Shown here: piece after piece, positions 1 to 16,013 of the stretch
Position numbering within the stretch: the stretch's first letter is position 1
How the letters are laid out: the number at the start of each line of letters is the position of its first letter
Assembly: GCA_963575745.1 (NCBI GenBank)
Contig: CAUYUJ010000039.1
Location: 1 to 64,000, forward strand
Source: Prorocentrum cordatum
Taxonomy: Eukaryota
Reading direction: 5' to 3'
DNA length: 64,000 bases
Translations under genes and position numbers: made by a program
The notes under the pieces: generated by a model
Database searches by the model: none
What the model was told of the DNA's origin: nothing
What the model saw: the letters and a program-made list of their open reading frames with translations, nothing else

Positions 1-145
1 GGGGACTTCCGAGCCTTCTGAGAAGGCCTTCTCCGTCTCACGTCCCCCCCTCGCTCGCCGCCGACAGGAGGAAGGAGGAGGGGGCGGGGAGGGGGAGGCG
101 AGCGACGCACGACGATTTCGACCCGAGTGTGATGCCATCCGTCAG

Positions 146-178
146 GCGGGCATCGTCGGCCCGACCGGCTGTGGCAAG
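146..178 (+). CDS. ABCC/MRP-type ABC transporter micro-exon, Walker A (AGIVGPTGCGK)
   Basis: cag|GCG acceptor and AAG|gc donor. Translates to GIVGPTGCGK and joins in phase 0 to the exon at 3462 to give GPTGCGKST. Confidence 0.9.
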
Positions 179-548
179 GCGGGGGCGCTCTCGCCGCTCC
201 GGCGAAGCGGTTGCCATCTCTTGGAGTCGGCTGGGGGTGTGAAGAAAGGTGCACCTTGGTGGCTGGCGCTGTTCGGACCCAGGCTGCATTGATCAGTATT
301 TTCTAGATGGTTGGATGGGCGCGGTGAGGCTTTCAGGCCGAAGCTTTCGGGCTCCAGGAGATTCAGAGGGGCGAGCTTTCTCTCATGCGTTCCGAAAGCG
401 CAGCGGCGGATCCCCTCTGAGAGCGTCTGCACGGCCCAGCTTGCTGGGACCCCCTCGCACAGTCGCTCGGGGTGAAGAGAGAGGGGGCCCGAACGGGGCC
501 CCGTGGGGCCCAAAAGGGGCACGAAAGGTGCACGTTTCTTCTCGCCTC

Positions 549-693
549 AAGTCGGGCCTGTCCCTCTACAGGGGGAATATCCAAAACAACAAAAATAGTC
601 AGGGGACTATTCTGGGACTATTTTTTTAGCATTCTGGGCGTATTGTTCGGGTATGTTTAATTGTTCTGCCACTACAGGGGACAGGCCCGACTT
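549..693. mobile_element. MITE-like element with TIR AAGTCGGGCCTGTCCC (second copy ~53467-53624)
   Basis: Terminal inverted repeats, AT-rich interior, two dispersed copies. Confidence 0.75.
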
Positions 694-749
694 AATTCTC
701 GCCCCCCTCCCCCATCTGTCGCCCCACTATTTTCGAAGAAACAAAACGC

Positions 750-890
750 TAAACATCGACTCTTGGCGCTCCGCGCGGATCTCTTGGATCCGCACAGGGG
801 CCCCCCAGCGGCGCCGCCCCTGGCGCGCCCCGCGCGCCAGGGAGGGGGCCCAGCGCAGACCCAAGAAATCCGCGCGGACAGTCGAAAGTT
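750..890. mobile_element. GC-rich hairpin MITE-like family (also ~39637-39780, ~56880-57030; shorter form at ~18460, ~23685, ~26745, ~29700)
   Basis: CCGCGCGGAT...ATCCGCGCGG inverted arms around CCCTGGCGCG core; multiple dispersed copies. Confidence 0.7.
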
Positions 891-2712
891 TTTGTTGAGG
901 GCTCGTCTTCTTTTTTCTATATGCGGCATTTCCTACTTTATATATAAATACATAAATATATATGTATATATATATATATCATTTTATTCATAGATGTACG
1001 ATTATATAGTCTATCCTATGCTATCCTATTGTGTCCTATGTTATACCCATATATTTTATCTTGTTTTATATCTATATCTTGGAGCCGGCTGCGGCAAGAC
1101 GGGGGCGCTCTCGCAGCTCCGGCGAAGCGGTCGTCACCGCTGGGGGTCCGAGGGAGGCCAGGCATAAATTGGTACCCTGCTACTGGCCAGCAGGGGCCTC
1201 AGAGGGGCTCGGCATGCTTGCTGCGGTCTTTGGGGGGAGTTCGTTGAGTTTACACTGGTCCTCCTCCTCCTCCTCCTCCTCCTCGTCCTCCACCTCCTCC
1301 TCCTCCCAGCGCTCCTCCTCCTCCTCCTCCTCCTCCTCCTCCTCCTCCTCCTCCTCCTCCTCCTCCTCCTCTAGGGTGTCGTGTCTGCCTGTTGCTCCTT
1401 CGCAGCGCAAGCGTGCGCAATCGGGGCTTGGCCGGCGTTCCTGCTCGAAATCGTGCGTTTGTAATCATGCCGCGGAGGTCCACAGAGGCTCCCATCAGGG
1501 CTCACCCAGATGAAGGGGAGGGCAGTTTCGACGCGCTAGGTTCGGCGGATCTTTGTTTTCTGAAACACTTGTTCTGCCTCCAGGGGCCGTGTTCGGTCGG
1601 GACATAGGACTCCATTTAGATCTAAGAAGAACAATCGCCAAACGTTTATGTTTATGGCTTCTTTTTCTCGGAGAGAAGAACAGCAGGACATCGCATGTCT
1701 GGATTGGCACCTCGTCGTTGCCCATGCCTCCGGCTCGAACTGGAGGAGGAGGAGACACCGAAACCGTTGCTCGTGCTGCAGAGCCCTCGTCGCCACGGCT
1801 GGACTCTCCTCGCAAAACCTGGCCAGAGCGCGCCCCAGGAGAGATCCGCGGAGCACTGGTATCGGCACCCCGTGGTCCCCCCAGATGTGTTTCTTGCCCA
1901 TCCCTCCGCGATCTCGGGCTCGATGGGGCCCGTTACCGGGCCCTGGGCCGTCAGAAACACCTCGCGGGGAGAAGCATCCCGGGAAACGCGAAAAAGAATA
2001 GGAAGAGCGCGCATTAGCGACGGGCCAGCTTCCGTACAGACTCGGCGCGTCCCGTCGTCAAATCGGGCGGCATTTCCCTCATGTTTCGGGAGGGCGCCTT
2101 CCCCGATCCGTGGATCCACGGATCTCTGCCCCATGTCAGCGTGCGCCCGAGTGGTGACCACGTGCAGCAGGGTCTCGGCGCCGCCGCGACGCGGCGGCGA
2201 CCACTTGAGAGCCGCCAGCGCTCGAGGCGGCACGGGAGGGCCGCGGTCGCCAGGGATTCTGCGCCCTGCTCCCAGACCCTTGGCATCGCTCGGACGTGTG
2301 CATTTTTCCTTCGGCGAGGGCCATCGAGGAGCATCCTTGATCATTTGGCGAAAAAAAACACGCACGAAACCGAAAGAAGCACAGGGAGTGGACTTCCGAG
2401 CGATGGCCAGGAGCCCCTCGCGCTGTGAACCCCACCACTGCGGGTCCAATCGCCGCTCGCCGCTGGGGTATCCTGGGTCACGCGCCAGAGCGCCAAGAGA
2501 GTGTCGCGCTTCGGGCGTCGCGGTCTGGGCCAGAGCGGCTCCCCTTCTCCAGGTGGGCCGGCGACGCGCGGGGGCGCGAGGGCCCGAAGACGACCGCGCG
2601 TCGCGCCTCGCGGGGGACGATTTGCGAAGTTGGGCGACCCGGGGTATCGGACAGCCCCACCGGGGCTTACCCAAGGGCAAGGGCAATCCATGCTCGTGTT
2701 CGCTCGGCAGCA

Positions 2713-2757
<45 letters not shown>

Positions 2758-2771
2758 CAGCAGCAGCAGCA

Positions 2772-2804
<33 letters not shown>

Positions 2805-2973
2805 CAGCCATCCGCGTGGCGCGCCGAAGTCGGCGTGGCAACGGCCGTCGCGCTCGTGGAGGCTGCCGCGAGGGCCGGCCGGGTGTGGGCCACCTCCGTG
2901 CGCACGTCCGCTGCGGCGTATACCGCAGGCAGCCAGCAGCAGGAGGTGGGCCGCTCGGCGAGCAAGTCAGGAG

Positions 2974-3128
2974 GGGAAAAAAAACGCACAGACACAATGG
3001 ATCGTCGATTCCCCCGAAAATATGGGAAACTATGGGAAGTGGGGGGGAAGACAGAAACCCTGAAAATACTGGAAAATAGGGGGACTCCTGTTATTTGTTT
3101 GTATTTATTCGTGTGTCCCAGGGCCCCT
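2974..3128 (+). mobile_element. ~150-bp dispersed repeat (also 6724-6824 + 8596-8645, 39421-39575, 55968-56118, 61676-61830)
   Basis: AAACACACAGACACAAT...GGGAAGTGGGGGG...ATTTGTGTGTCCCAGGG occurs in five same-strand copies. Confidence 0.8.
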
Positions 3129-3461
3129 TGAATGTGGCTCGCCGGAGTCGGCGTGGCAACGGTCCTCGCGCTCGTGGAGGCTGCCGCGAACGCCGGCCAG
3201 GAGTGGGCCGTCTGCATGCGCACTGCCGCTGCGGCGTATCGCAGGCAGCCAGCAGCAAGCAGAAAATCGGCAGCTCGGACGTGTGCATTTTTCCGTCGGC
3301 GAGGACCATCGAGGAGCATCCTTGATCATTTGGCGAAAAAGCCGCGCACGAAATCGAAAAAAACACATCCGAGCGATGGCCAGGGCGGGCAGCTCGGCGA
3401 GCAAGGGCGGCAGCAGGGGCGCACATGGCGCACGGGGAGCCCCCCCCCGCGCCCGCGCCAG

Positions 3462-3511
3462 TCCACGCTGCTGCTCAGCCTGCTGCGCATGCTGGAGCCC
3501 AGGGACGGCAG
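3462..3511 (+). CDS. ABCC transporter micro-exon (STLLLSLLRMLEPRDG/R)
   Basis: ccag|TCC acceptor and AG|ga donor. Matches the ABCC pattern GKSSLLLALxRLxExxxG; the split codon AG|G is completed by the exon at 8786. Confidence 0.9.
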
Positions 3512-4021
3512 GACGGGGCCGCCCACGAGCCGAGTCGACGCGGCTCGAGTCGACGGCCAGAGCCTGGATTCGGGTTCGCTTCGATTCACCTCACCACCCA
3601 CCAAACCACCCCAACCCAACCCCGAGGCCTCAATTTGCTTTCCAATTCCAGTGGGGGGGGGGGTCGGGGAACATCGAGAAAACACATATGGAACCCGTAC
3701 CCCCCCCAACCCGAAATTCGGCTCTTCGGGTTGGGTTGGGGTGGTCTGGCAGGCAGTCATCACCAGCATCGGCCTGGGCCAGCCAGAGCCATGCGCGGCG
3801 ATCTGATGGAAAGCCGCTTCGGGGCGATTCCTTGACGATCCGATCCTTTCCCTGTCCGATCCGATCTCGCCGTTCGATCCGGCTCAGGCCTGCTGGATCT
3901 GCGACCGGGAGGGGCTCCATCGTTCTTTTGCCGCAGGGGCAGCGATTCGGCACGAGCAACGTGGATACGGAAAGAACGGGGACAAAGACCGACAGCAATT
4001 CTTGCCCGTCTTGACAGGGCC

Positions 4022-4464
4022 CACTTCTGGCCGTGGTGAGCCTCGGCCACGCACGGGTTCTCCGTCCTGAATCGAAGGAACGACCCGCCATCGGCGATCA
4101 GTGGGCGATTCGGGGTCACTGCATCCCCCCCTACGCCCGTAACGAGCACGGACAAAGAATGGTATGATGCCGGCCAGCAAATTCTGTCAGAAACCCACAG
4201 CGGCCGTTGTTGGACAGGCGACCACTTTGCCTGAACAGGACAGTGCAGCATTGGCCGGTATCGGTTTCTGACAGAATCTGCTGGCTGGCATCGTGCCATT
4301 ATTTGTCCGTGCTCACTGCTTGCGTGCCAGGCCACAGGAGGGTGTCAGGCTAAGGGGGGATGCAGTGACCCCGAATCGCCCACCGATCGCCGATGGCGGG
4401 CCGTTCCTTCGATGCAGGACGGAAAAAACCCGTGCGTGGCCGAGGCTCACCGCGGCCAGAAGTG
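4022..4464. repeat. Nested foldback / MITE-like element
   Basis: 4022-4132 pairs with 4353-4464, and 4143-4196 pairs with 4263-4318. Confidence 0.85.
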
Positions 4465-6824
4465 CCGTCTTCGCTCCCTTGTTCAAGATTCTCGAGGGTA
4501 GCAGGACGACGGCCAAGCGTCGGAGGAAGACTCAGGAGTTGCTCAACAATAGTATGGGGACAATGTCCCGTGCTCTGTTTTCAACCGAAAATAAGTGTAA
4601 AGAAAAAACAAGAGTTGATGTTTGTTTGGCAGTTTGTTTCATTCGACTTCAACATCCGCCTGTAGGAGGACATGCCAGACCTGATCCTGGATGGGCTCCG
4701 AGCAGGTGGGTCGGAGGATCGCACCGCATCGCTGATGCGGCTCGACGTGGAGCCCGACATACTCCACGCCGACGGCGCCGATTCATAACCCACGTCGACG
4801 ATGCATCGCGGGTGCACCGCCGATGCATCGCGGGTGCACCGCCGATGCATCGCCGATGTATCGGCGATGCGGCGCGATTTTTCGACCCCAGGAGGAGGAG
4901 GAGGAGGAGGAGGAGGAGGAGGAGGAAGGAGGAGGAGGAGGAGGAGGAGAGGAGGAGGAGGAGGAGGAGGGGGGAGGGGGAGGGGCAGGGGGAGGAGGAG
5001 GAGGAGGAGGAGGAGGAGGAGGAGGAGGAGGAGGAGGAGGAGGAGGAGGAGGAGGAGGAGGGAGAGGAGGGAGGAGGAGGAGGAGGAGGAAGGCGAGGAG
5101 GAGGAGGAGGAGGAGGGCTCCCTGACCCCATCTAGGAGGGCTTTGTTCGAGGGCCCGAGGATCGATCCTGGGCCTTGCTCGCTGTCTTTGCTGGGCCTGC
5201 ACTCGGGTAGGAGATCGACGACATCATTGGTTCAAAGATGTTGTTCCCGCCGACTCCACGACAAAGGAATGTAATGTTCGTACACCTACGGGCATTGTAC
5301 GAGATGTTGACGCTTCGCGAATCCCCACCAGCCCATCCAGAAACGATGCCCAGAGGAGTTGCCTCGATCAGGGAAGTGGGCAGCACACAGAGGAAGCCAT
5401 TCTGAGACATCTTGGGATATCTTGAGCCATCTTGGAGGTCATCTTGGGGTCTCCCAGGCGCTCTTGGAGTCATCTTAATCAGTGCCCCCCCCCAAGGGGC
5501 CAACATGTGGCTAGAACCTTAGTAAAATCAAGGATTTGAAGCATCCTGGGTGCCTCTGGGGGGTTCTCTTGGGGGCCTCCTGGGGGCCTCTTGGGGGCCT
5601 CTTGGGGCCATCTCGGGGCCATCTTGGGACCTCTTGGGGCCTCCTGGGCGCTTCTTGGGGCCATCTTGGAGGAGATCGATCAGACAAGAGGGGAGCTTCA
5701 ATTAGGGCCCCCCCCCTCAGGAGGCCAAACTGGGGCCAAAACCCTAGTCAAACCAATGATTTTTGCTTCCACGCCGAGGCCGTTTTGGACGCCCTGACAC
5801 CTCGCGACCCCCCCCTTCCAGGTCCAGGGGAGGGGGTAGGGGGAGGGGTAAACCCCTCCCCGAAGGAGAAGAAGGAGGGGTGGAAGAGGACACGCCCTAA
5901 ACCACCAACGCCCAGAGGGCTGGTGGGATTGTGCGTAGATTCGACGGAACAATGTCAGATTCTGGGTAAATCAATCCAGTTCTCGATCTCTTGCTTGGTG
6001 CAACAAGGGGGCTCCTCGCTGCCACGGCTGGATCCGCCATGAGCTTTCTGGAGCATGTCCAGGGATGGGTGGTTCCATGCCCACCACCTGGGTGATGTGG
6101 ATATGGATGTGGATATGTTCGTGCCGCAGGGGGGCAGATTCTGGTACCCCCCCCGCCTGGAAAGGTCCACCCTGGCATCCCTGGCGTCGTGGACGGCAGC
6201 AGTCACGACGGAAGGCCTTCGACATTTGCTCCGCTTGCCTGCGGGCCCTCCCCAGACGGCCAGGCGGTCTCCTGGGAGGCACGGGAAGGGGTCCAGTCCT
6301 CCCAGGCCCCGGGGGGGAAGGACAATCGTCAGAAATTTTGCCGTCGTGATTTTTGTTCACGGTGCGGGGACGTCCGAGGGGCGGCGTGGGTGTCGGAATC
6401 GTTTGGCGGTGGAGTTCCAGCCCCAGATGGAGGCGGGCTGAGCTTGGAGTCGTCTGGGGGCCTGAGGTGGCCCAGCCCTGGTTGCAGCCAGCAGGAAGGG
6501 GGGGCAGGTTCGAGGTGCCGGGTTCGGCCATGTGTTTCTGCGCTTTTCTGACCCCGGGGGCCGAGTTCGGGCCCCAGGACCGTAAAGAGCGCATCCGGGG
6601 TGACGTAATACACCAGATGGACCCCAGGGAGGGGTTTTGGGACCGATTTGACCGGAATTGCCTTCATCCTCCCCCCGGTGACCGATTTTCTCGGGGCCCA
6701 GCTCAGACCCCCTGGCTCAGGAGGGAAAGAAACACACAGACACAATGACATCGTCGATTTTACCGAAAAAAGGGAAATATGGGAAGTGGGGGGGAAGACA
6801 ACAAAAACCAGAAAATATAAACCA

Positions 6825-8595
<1,771 letters not shown>

Positions 8596-8785
8596 ATATA
8601 GGGAATCTTTTTATTTGTGTGTATTTATTTGTGTGTCCCAGGGCTCCTTCACTGGCCGCCTCCGAAGCTGAGCTGTCATCGCTGGTGGCCAGTGCGTGCT
8701 GGCGTGGCCGGTGCCGCGGCGAGCGGCCCGGGCCCTCGCCAGCGAGCCACGGCCTCCTCCACTGCGCTACCCTCGCCCGCTGCAG

Positions 8786-8821
8786 GATCTACCTCGAGGG
8801 CGTGGACACGCAGCAGCTCGG
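8786..8821 (+). CDS. ABCC transporter micro-exon (R/IYLEGVDTQQLG)
   Basis: tgcag|G acceptor. Matches IxIDGVDIxxIG. The 3' end assumes a GA donor at 8822 and is uncertain by about 1 nt. Confidence 0.85.
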
Positions 8822-9789
8822 GAGGGGCATAGCCGGGGGTGCGTTTGCGCAGCGCGAAGGAGGCAGGTGCCCTGACGTCCTCGCGTCGAGGAAGAGTTTA
8901 CCAGCCTCGAACTTATCCCTATCCCTAAGATTGACGCGCCAACAGGCGATGCCAATCTTAGGGATCCGCCCTCAAAAATAAGGGAATCCCTAAGATTGGC
9001 ATCGTGATGAGGAGATGCCCAGCATAGGGATAGGGATATGTTCCAGGATGGTAAAGAGTTGAGCCATGTAACGTGTTGCCAATTTTCGGGCTCAGTGGGC
9101 CTCTGCGTGGTCCGAGGGCCTCCACCGGGCCTGGGGGCCGTAGTCGACTCGGCATGGACAAAAAGCGAGAGGGCCGTGTGGCACTGCGTCCCGATATCCC
9201 CCCTGGCGAACTCTCGGGGAAAGTCCGTCTGATTTTTCTGCACCCACCCACGTACCCTACAGCCGGCGCGCCTCGGAGGGAAGCATGCGTTTTGGTTCCA
9301 CCACCCTCCCTCCGCAGGACCAGACAATGGGGGAATACGTTTTGGCATCGGTCGGCGGCATTGTTTATGACACCCACACACTCTCTGCGGGCTAACAAAA
9401 CTGCGTACTGCGATTCGCGTTGAGAATCATGTTTCCGCGCACATCCACCCGCCCACCGCCCCTCCCCCATGCCCCCATGCGGCATCCGCGGGCCTGTGGG
9501 CGGGCGGCCATGTCTGTCCATCTATCTACCATGAGGGAGTCCCACCTGTCTTGATCTCCTTTCTGGTTAATGTTCAAAGAGCGTTCGCCGTCGCACCGTC
9601 GGCTTTGCTTTGCTGGTGCGGTGCATCGTTCTATCTACACGTACCCGTCAGGCGCCGCCGCTCCGATGCGTCTGCGCCATGTCTGTCCATTTATCTGCCC
9701 CCCCCCTGGCGCCGTCGCATGCCTGGGCCCCGTCGCACCCCCGGGCGCCGTCGCACCCTCTAGTGCAGCTCCGTAGTATTAGTACAACT

Positions 9790-9928
9790 CCCTATTACAA
9801 CACCCTTGTACAGCAGAGTACTACTGCTGCTGCTGGTATTCATTTGAACTACCGTCATTAGTACTACTTGATCTTGTACTACTACAAGTACAACAACAAC
9901 GACTACTACTACCACTACTACTACTACG

Positions 9929-9979
<51 letters not shown>

Positions 9980-10180
9980 GCTACTATTACTATTACTACT
10001 ACTACTACTACTACCACTACTACTACAACTACTCCTCCTACTCTTACTACTACTATACTACTATTACTACTACTACTACTACTACTATTACTACTACTGC
10101 CACTACTACGACTACGACTACGACTACGACTACAACAACAACTACTACTGCTACTACTACCACTACTACGACTACTACGG

Positions 10181-10216
<36 letters not shown>

Positions 10217-10280
10217 TTACCACTACTACTACTACTACTACTACGACTACTACTACCACCACTACTACTATTACTACTAT

Positions 10281-10319
<39 letters not shown>

Positions 10320-10700
10320 GACGACTACTACTACAACTACTACTACTACTACTACTACTATTACGACTACTACGGCTATTCCGACTACTACGACTATTAC
10401 TACCACCACCATTACTTTTATTACTACTACTATTATTATTATTACTACTACTACTACTACGAGGACTACGACTATTCCGATTACTACGACTACTATTACT
10501 ACTACTACTACTACTACTACTATTACTACTACTACTACTTCCACTGCTACTACTACTACTACTACTACTACTACTGCTGCTACTGCTACTGCTACTGCCA
10601 CTACTGCTACTACGACCTCTACTACTTCTGCTGCTGCTACTACTACAACTACGACTACTGCTACTACTACTACTACTACCACTACTACTACTACTACTAG

Positions 10701-10753
<53 letters not shown>

Positions 10754-10819
10754 GTAGTACTGCTACGGCTAGCGCTACTGCTGCTGCGACTACTATTACC
10801 ACTACTTCTACGACTACTA

Positions 10820-10862
<43 letters not shown>

Positions 10863-11153
10863 GACGACTACGGCTACTATTATGACGAGCACTGCTGCTG
10901 CTACTATTACTGTTACTGTTGGCACCACTGCTGCTATTCCCAAGGCTACTACGACTACTATTAAAACTCTCATACTACCACGGCTTCAACTACTACTGTT
11001 ACTAATATGTTTGCTCCTACTTCTTCTGCTACTACGAGTTCTATTACTACTACTGCCACCACGACTACGACGAGGACAACGACGACTACTACTACTACTC
11101 CTAATACGACGACTACTATTAGTGCTGCGACTACTATTGCCACTACTACCACT

Positions 11154-11200
<47 letters not shown>

Positions 11201-11235
11201 AACTACTACTACTACGACTGCGACCACCACCATTC

Positions 11236-11305
<70 letters not shown>

Positions 11306-11448
11306 CTACTACTGCTACTACTACTACTACTACTCCTACTACTACTAACTACTACTAACTACTACTAACTACTACGCCTACTACTCCTACTACCACCACT
11401 ACTACCGCTACTGCGACGGCGGCTACTACTACTACTACTACTACTACG

Positions 11449-11501
<53 letters not shown>

Positions 11502-11721
11502 CACTGCTACTACTACTACTACTACTACTACTAATACGACTGCTACCACTACTGTACTGCTGGTACTAGTACGACTATTCTTATTACTACCACGACTGCT
11601 ACTACTATTGCTACGAATATTTCTAGTACCACGATTGCAACTACTACTGCTACTACTACTACTATTACTACTACTACTACTACTACTTCTACTACTACTA
11701 CGACTACTACTACTACTACTA

Positions 11722-11752
<31 letters not shown>

Positions 11753-12291
11753 CACTACTATTTAAATTACAGTTGCTGCGAGTGTTAGCACTAACTACTA
11801 GCACTACTACTACTACTACTACTACTACTACGATTACTGCTACGATTTCTAGCACTAGTGCTACTACGACTACTACTACTGCTACTACTACTACTACGAC
11901 ACTAATACTACTACTACTACTACTACTATTACTACTACTACTACTACTACTACTAGCACTACTACTACTACTACTACTACTGCTACTACCACCACTACTA
12001 CTACCACTACTCTCACGAATACTACTATTACTACTACTACTACTACTACTACTACTACGACTACTACGGCTACTACTATTACTAGTACTTCGACTACTAC
12101 TACTACTACTACTACGACGACGGCTGCGACTACGAACGTCACCACTACTACTACTACTACTACTACTAATACTGCTACGACTACTACTACTACTACTACT
12201 AGTACTGCTACCATTACTATTTCTACGACGGCCAATACTACTATTACTACTGTTACTACTGCTACTGCTGCCACCACTACTACCAGTACTA

Positions 12292-12325
<34 letters not shown>

Positions 12326-13006
12326 GACTACTACTACTACTACTACTAGACTACTACTACTACTACTACGACTACTACTACTACTACTACTACTACTACG
12401 ACTACTACTACTACTACTACTACTACTGCTACTGCTACTACTACTACTACTACTACGACTACTACTACTGATCCTTCTTCTGCGTTTCCATCACTGTTAC
12501 TACTACTACTACTACTACTACGACTGCTGCTACTACTACTACTACTACTGACGTATGTTTCGTAGTACCACTGCTGCTGCAACTGCTACTGCTGCTACTG
12601 TTGCTCTTACGACTGCTGCGATTACTACGACCATCATTAATGTTGTTGCTGCTTTATTACGATTAGTTTTCCTATTAGTACTGCTAGCAGTTCTACGGCG
12701 ACTGCGACTGCTAACTTCAGTACTACTCCTACTACCACTACTACTACTATTACTACGACTACTACTGCTACATTTTCTACTTCTAGTACACGTCTACTAT
12801 TAGTAGTCGTAGTACTACTACTACTACCACTACTACTACTACCACTGCTACTACTACTACTACTGCTACTACTACTATTACTACTACTACTACTACTACT
12901 ACTACTAGCACTACTGCTACTACTACTACTACTGCTACTACTACTACGAGTACTATCACGACTACTACTACGACGGCTACTACTACTATTACTACTACTA
13001 CTACTA

Positions 13007-13042
<36 letters not shown>

Positions 13043-13116
13043 GATTTCTACTACTACTAACACTACTACTTCTACGACTACTACTACGACTACGACTACG
13101 ACTACTACTACTACTA

Positions 13117-13174
<58 letters not shown>

Positions 13175-13797
13175 CACTGCTACTACTACTACTACTGCTA
13201 CTACTACTACTACTACTACTACTACTGCTGCTACGACGACTACTACTACTACGACGACTACTACTACTACAACTTCTACTTCTACTCCTGCTTCTACTTT
13301 TTTAATTTATTTTTCCGATTCCTGCTACCCCACGTCGCTCGGCTTTGCATTGCCCCCCATGGGACGTCTTCAGTTCGTTGTCGTCGTCGTCGTTGTCTCC
13401 CCGATCGCGTCCATCTGACGAACATGGATCGGGGAGTCTGTGCTGATTTACGAAAGGACCCACCCTGGGGACCGCCGCCGCCTCTGGGAAAACCGTTCGC
13501 CTTTACCCCACCTGTGGTATTTCTTGAACCCACCCCTCGGCGGCCGCCGCCAGCTTTCTGGAAACCCGTTCCTATTTCAACCATTCGATTTTTGTGTCGA
13601 GCACACCCCCAGCCAACGTGGCGTGGGGAAGGGTAAGTTTGAGTAGTACATCTGTATATATATATAGATATATAGTCATAACACCCTTACTGGTCAGCGG
13701 AGCTGGGGAAGGGTCTTAACATGTCCCCTCGTGGGGTTGAGTTTGTTATTTGACCCCTGTTTCAGAGCCCAGACTTGCCGGGAAAATAGGGGCAACT
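9790..13797 (-). repeat. Left inverted arm: degenerate (ACT)n tract plus ~0.5 kb unique segment
   Basis: 13280-13797 is the reverse complement of 30763-31290. Satellite interruptions are shared (e.g. 12470-12500 vs 32341-32372; 10975-11045 vs 33781-33857). Outer end approximate. Confidence 0.88.
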
Positions 13798-14882
13798 GTC
13801 GTTGGGAAGGGGCCCATACCTCTCTGGGGCGCCACTTTGCGAACATATTACGGCGTCGGATGTCTTGTTTGTGCAGCGTGCTTGAAGTTCTCGTTGCATC
13901 TTATGAGCAGGAACGCGTTGTCTTTGCAGGGTTTATGTGCATCCACTTTTCTGTTTGCGCTGCCTTTTTCATATATCGTTCTCCCTATTGACTCCCGCGA
14001 CAAAGCGCCAATGATGACTGACATCTAGATGTATCGGCTAGTTTGCGCTGGCCACCTTTGACCCGATGCTGTCCTGGAGGGGGTGCGTTTCCCCCCCCCT
14101 GCTCGACCGTTGTCGTGGCGGTTGATTCTGTCGCGGCCGCCATTTGGGGCTGCTCCTTGCCGCTGCCTCCAGGCATCCGACGTCGTGATTGATTATGTTG
14201 ATACGTGGTCAGAGGTCTGGACCCCTTCATACGGCCGGTTTTTTGACACGAACCGATTTTCCAGCCCCAGGGCTCTCGAGGCGGACACGTGCCAACAAAC
14301 GTTCCGTCTTGCTTCGTTCGTGCCGCGAGGGCGTCGGGGTCCTTGCCGCTGACCCTCGCTTCCCTGGCCACAGGCAGCTGCCGATCCTTCGACGGAGCCT
14401 CGCAGGCGATTTCTCGGAGCCCCCCACGAAAAATCAGGCCGTTCAGAAAAGAGTGCGAGATCAGGGGGGAACAACTCTGGTGGCTAGTTGGGCTCACCCC
14501 TAGGTGTCGTCTTAGATTTGGGCAGGATTGCCTGCATGGAATTTCTCCCTCCCGCCACCCGATCACCTTTTTGAACAGAAGGCGTGCAAGTGAGTCCCGA
14601 CTTGCGTGAAGTCCAGGCTTCCTTTCGGGCCTCGCCACGCCCCCCACCGCCTCCCCCCCTGCAAGCTTGCAGGCCTGCTGGAGTCCAGAGACTATAGCTG
14701 TCTCCCGTCCAGGACGGCCGCTCCCCGTCGCCGATCCCCGGGCATGGTCCCAAACTCCTGGTCATTTCTGGAACCCAGCCAAAGTCTGAGATTGGGGTCG
14801 CCGTACCCCCCGTTGGATCATGGGCAACGGCAGGGGGGATGTACAACTCAACAGCTGCACGCCAAATAAAAAGTCGTGGCCC

Positions 14883-14904
14883 TCCGTAGCCATTTTGGCT
14901 CAAG
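14883..14904 (+). other. Genomic dinoflagellate spliced-leader copy (TCCGTAGCCATTTTGGCTCAAG)
   Basis: Exact match to DinoSL DCCGTAGCCATTTTGGCTCAAG, directly 5' of the UTR of gene copy 1. Confidence 0.97.
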
Positions 14905-14973
14905 ATACAAGCACCCCTACAAATTACACAAGCCCTTTGGAGTGAGCTGTTTTTTGTTCACGCCTCCCCAGAC

Positions 14974-16013
14974 ATGGGTGTGATGCCGTCCGCCGTGTTT
15001 TCTGTGTCTTTTCTGTTGTCCACGGGGGTTTGCTGCGCAACTGAGCTGAAGACCTACATGGCCCGGACGGACGGGTGGGTCATTGATTCGGCAAGCGCAC
15101 GCTCCTGCACTGCGATATGCAGCGAGGTCGGCAAGACGTGCACAGCTGCGAGCGAGACGATCATGACTAACGCCGCTGCGTCGGCAAGTGCCCTCAAGAC
15201 CGCCCTCGGCAGCCAGTTCTCCACATTCTGCCCAGGTGGTGTCCAGGACACGAATCCCAGTGACGACGTGCCCTTTCTGTTTGCCCCGGGCAACTTCTGC
15301 GAGTACGGCCGCGGGAGCTACAGATCGAGGTGCGAGACTGCAGGTGAATCTTGGCAGGTGCGGCGGATCTGCTACTGCCAGGCAACGCCGGCGCCTTCGC
15401 CAGCGCCGCGGCGCCTTCGCCAGCGCCGACGCCCGCACCATCGGCTTCGCCAACGCCAGTACCGACGCCCGCGACCCCCTCACCGACGCCTGCACCTACG
15501 CAGGCGCCGACGCCTGCCCCTACGCCAGCCCGTACGCCTGCTGCGATTGCTGCTGCAGTCGGGGATCCTCACCTGGTAAATATACACGGGGAGCGTTTTG
15601 ATCTCCTCAAAGATGGCAGGCACTTGCTGGTCGAGGTCCCACAGTTTGCAGCGGAGAGCGCGACGCTCCTGGCCGTCGCGGCCGTGGCACAGCGTTGTGG
15701 CGACGCATGCTCGGACGTTTACTTTGTATCCATTAATGTGACCGGCAAGTGGGCGGACGACGTGCGCGAGGGCGGCTTCCATTACACGGCCAAGCAGCCG
15801 CAGGCCCATCGAAAGGGAACGGGCTGGATGAGCTTCCACAGCATTAAATTGAAGACCGTATGGGGCCGTACTGGCGGAGGCATTCCCTACCTGAATATGT
15901 TTGTCAAGAACTTGGGCAAGTCGGGGTATCCAGTCGGTGGTTTGCTCGGCGGTGGGGACCATTCCTCCGTCACCAATCCCGATTTGCGCTGCAAGCGCTA
16001 CCTCGCATTTTAA
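14974..16013 (+). pseudogene. Retrogene copy 1 of secreted Cys-rich/PT-linker/GDPH protein, frameshifted near 15409
   Basis: Near-identical to 19994-21037. A small deletion in the Pro-Thr linker splits it into ORFs 14974-15579 and 15351-16013. May be a consensus error. Confidence 0.8.

Noticed and set aside
1652..3806. Long overlapping ORFs of 200-555 aa
   Set aside because: GC-rich intronic repeat mosaic with no domain signal except the 50-nt ABC exon at 3462-3511.
9868..13290. Thr-/Val-/Leu-rich mucin-like ORFs
   Set aside because: Translations of the (ACT)n satellite. The same applies to 31280-34525, 41263-42254 and the (GGA)n, (GAT)n, (CAG)n and (AAC)n ORFs.
14883..14960. SL RNA genes
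   Set aside because: Each SL is followed by ATAC... and a UTR/CDS, not by a GT donor and SL intron, so these are mRNA-derived copies.
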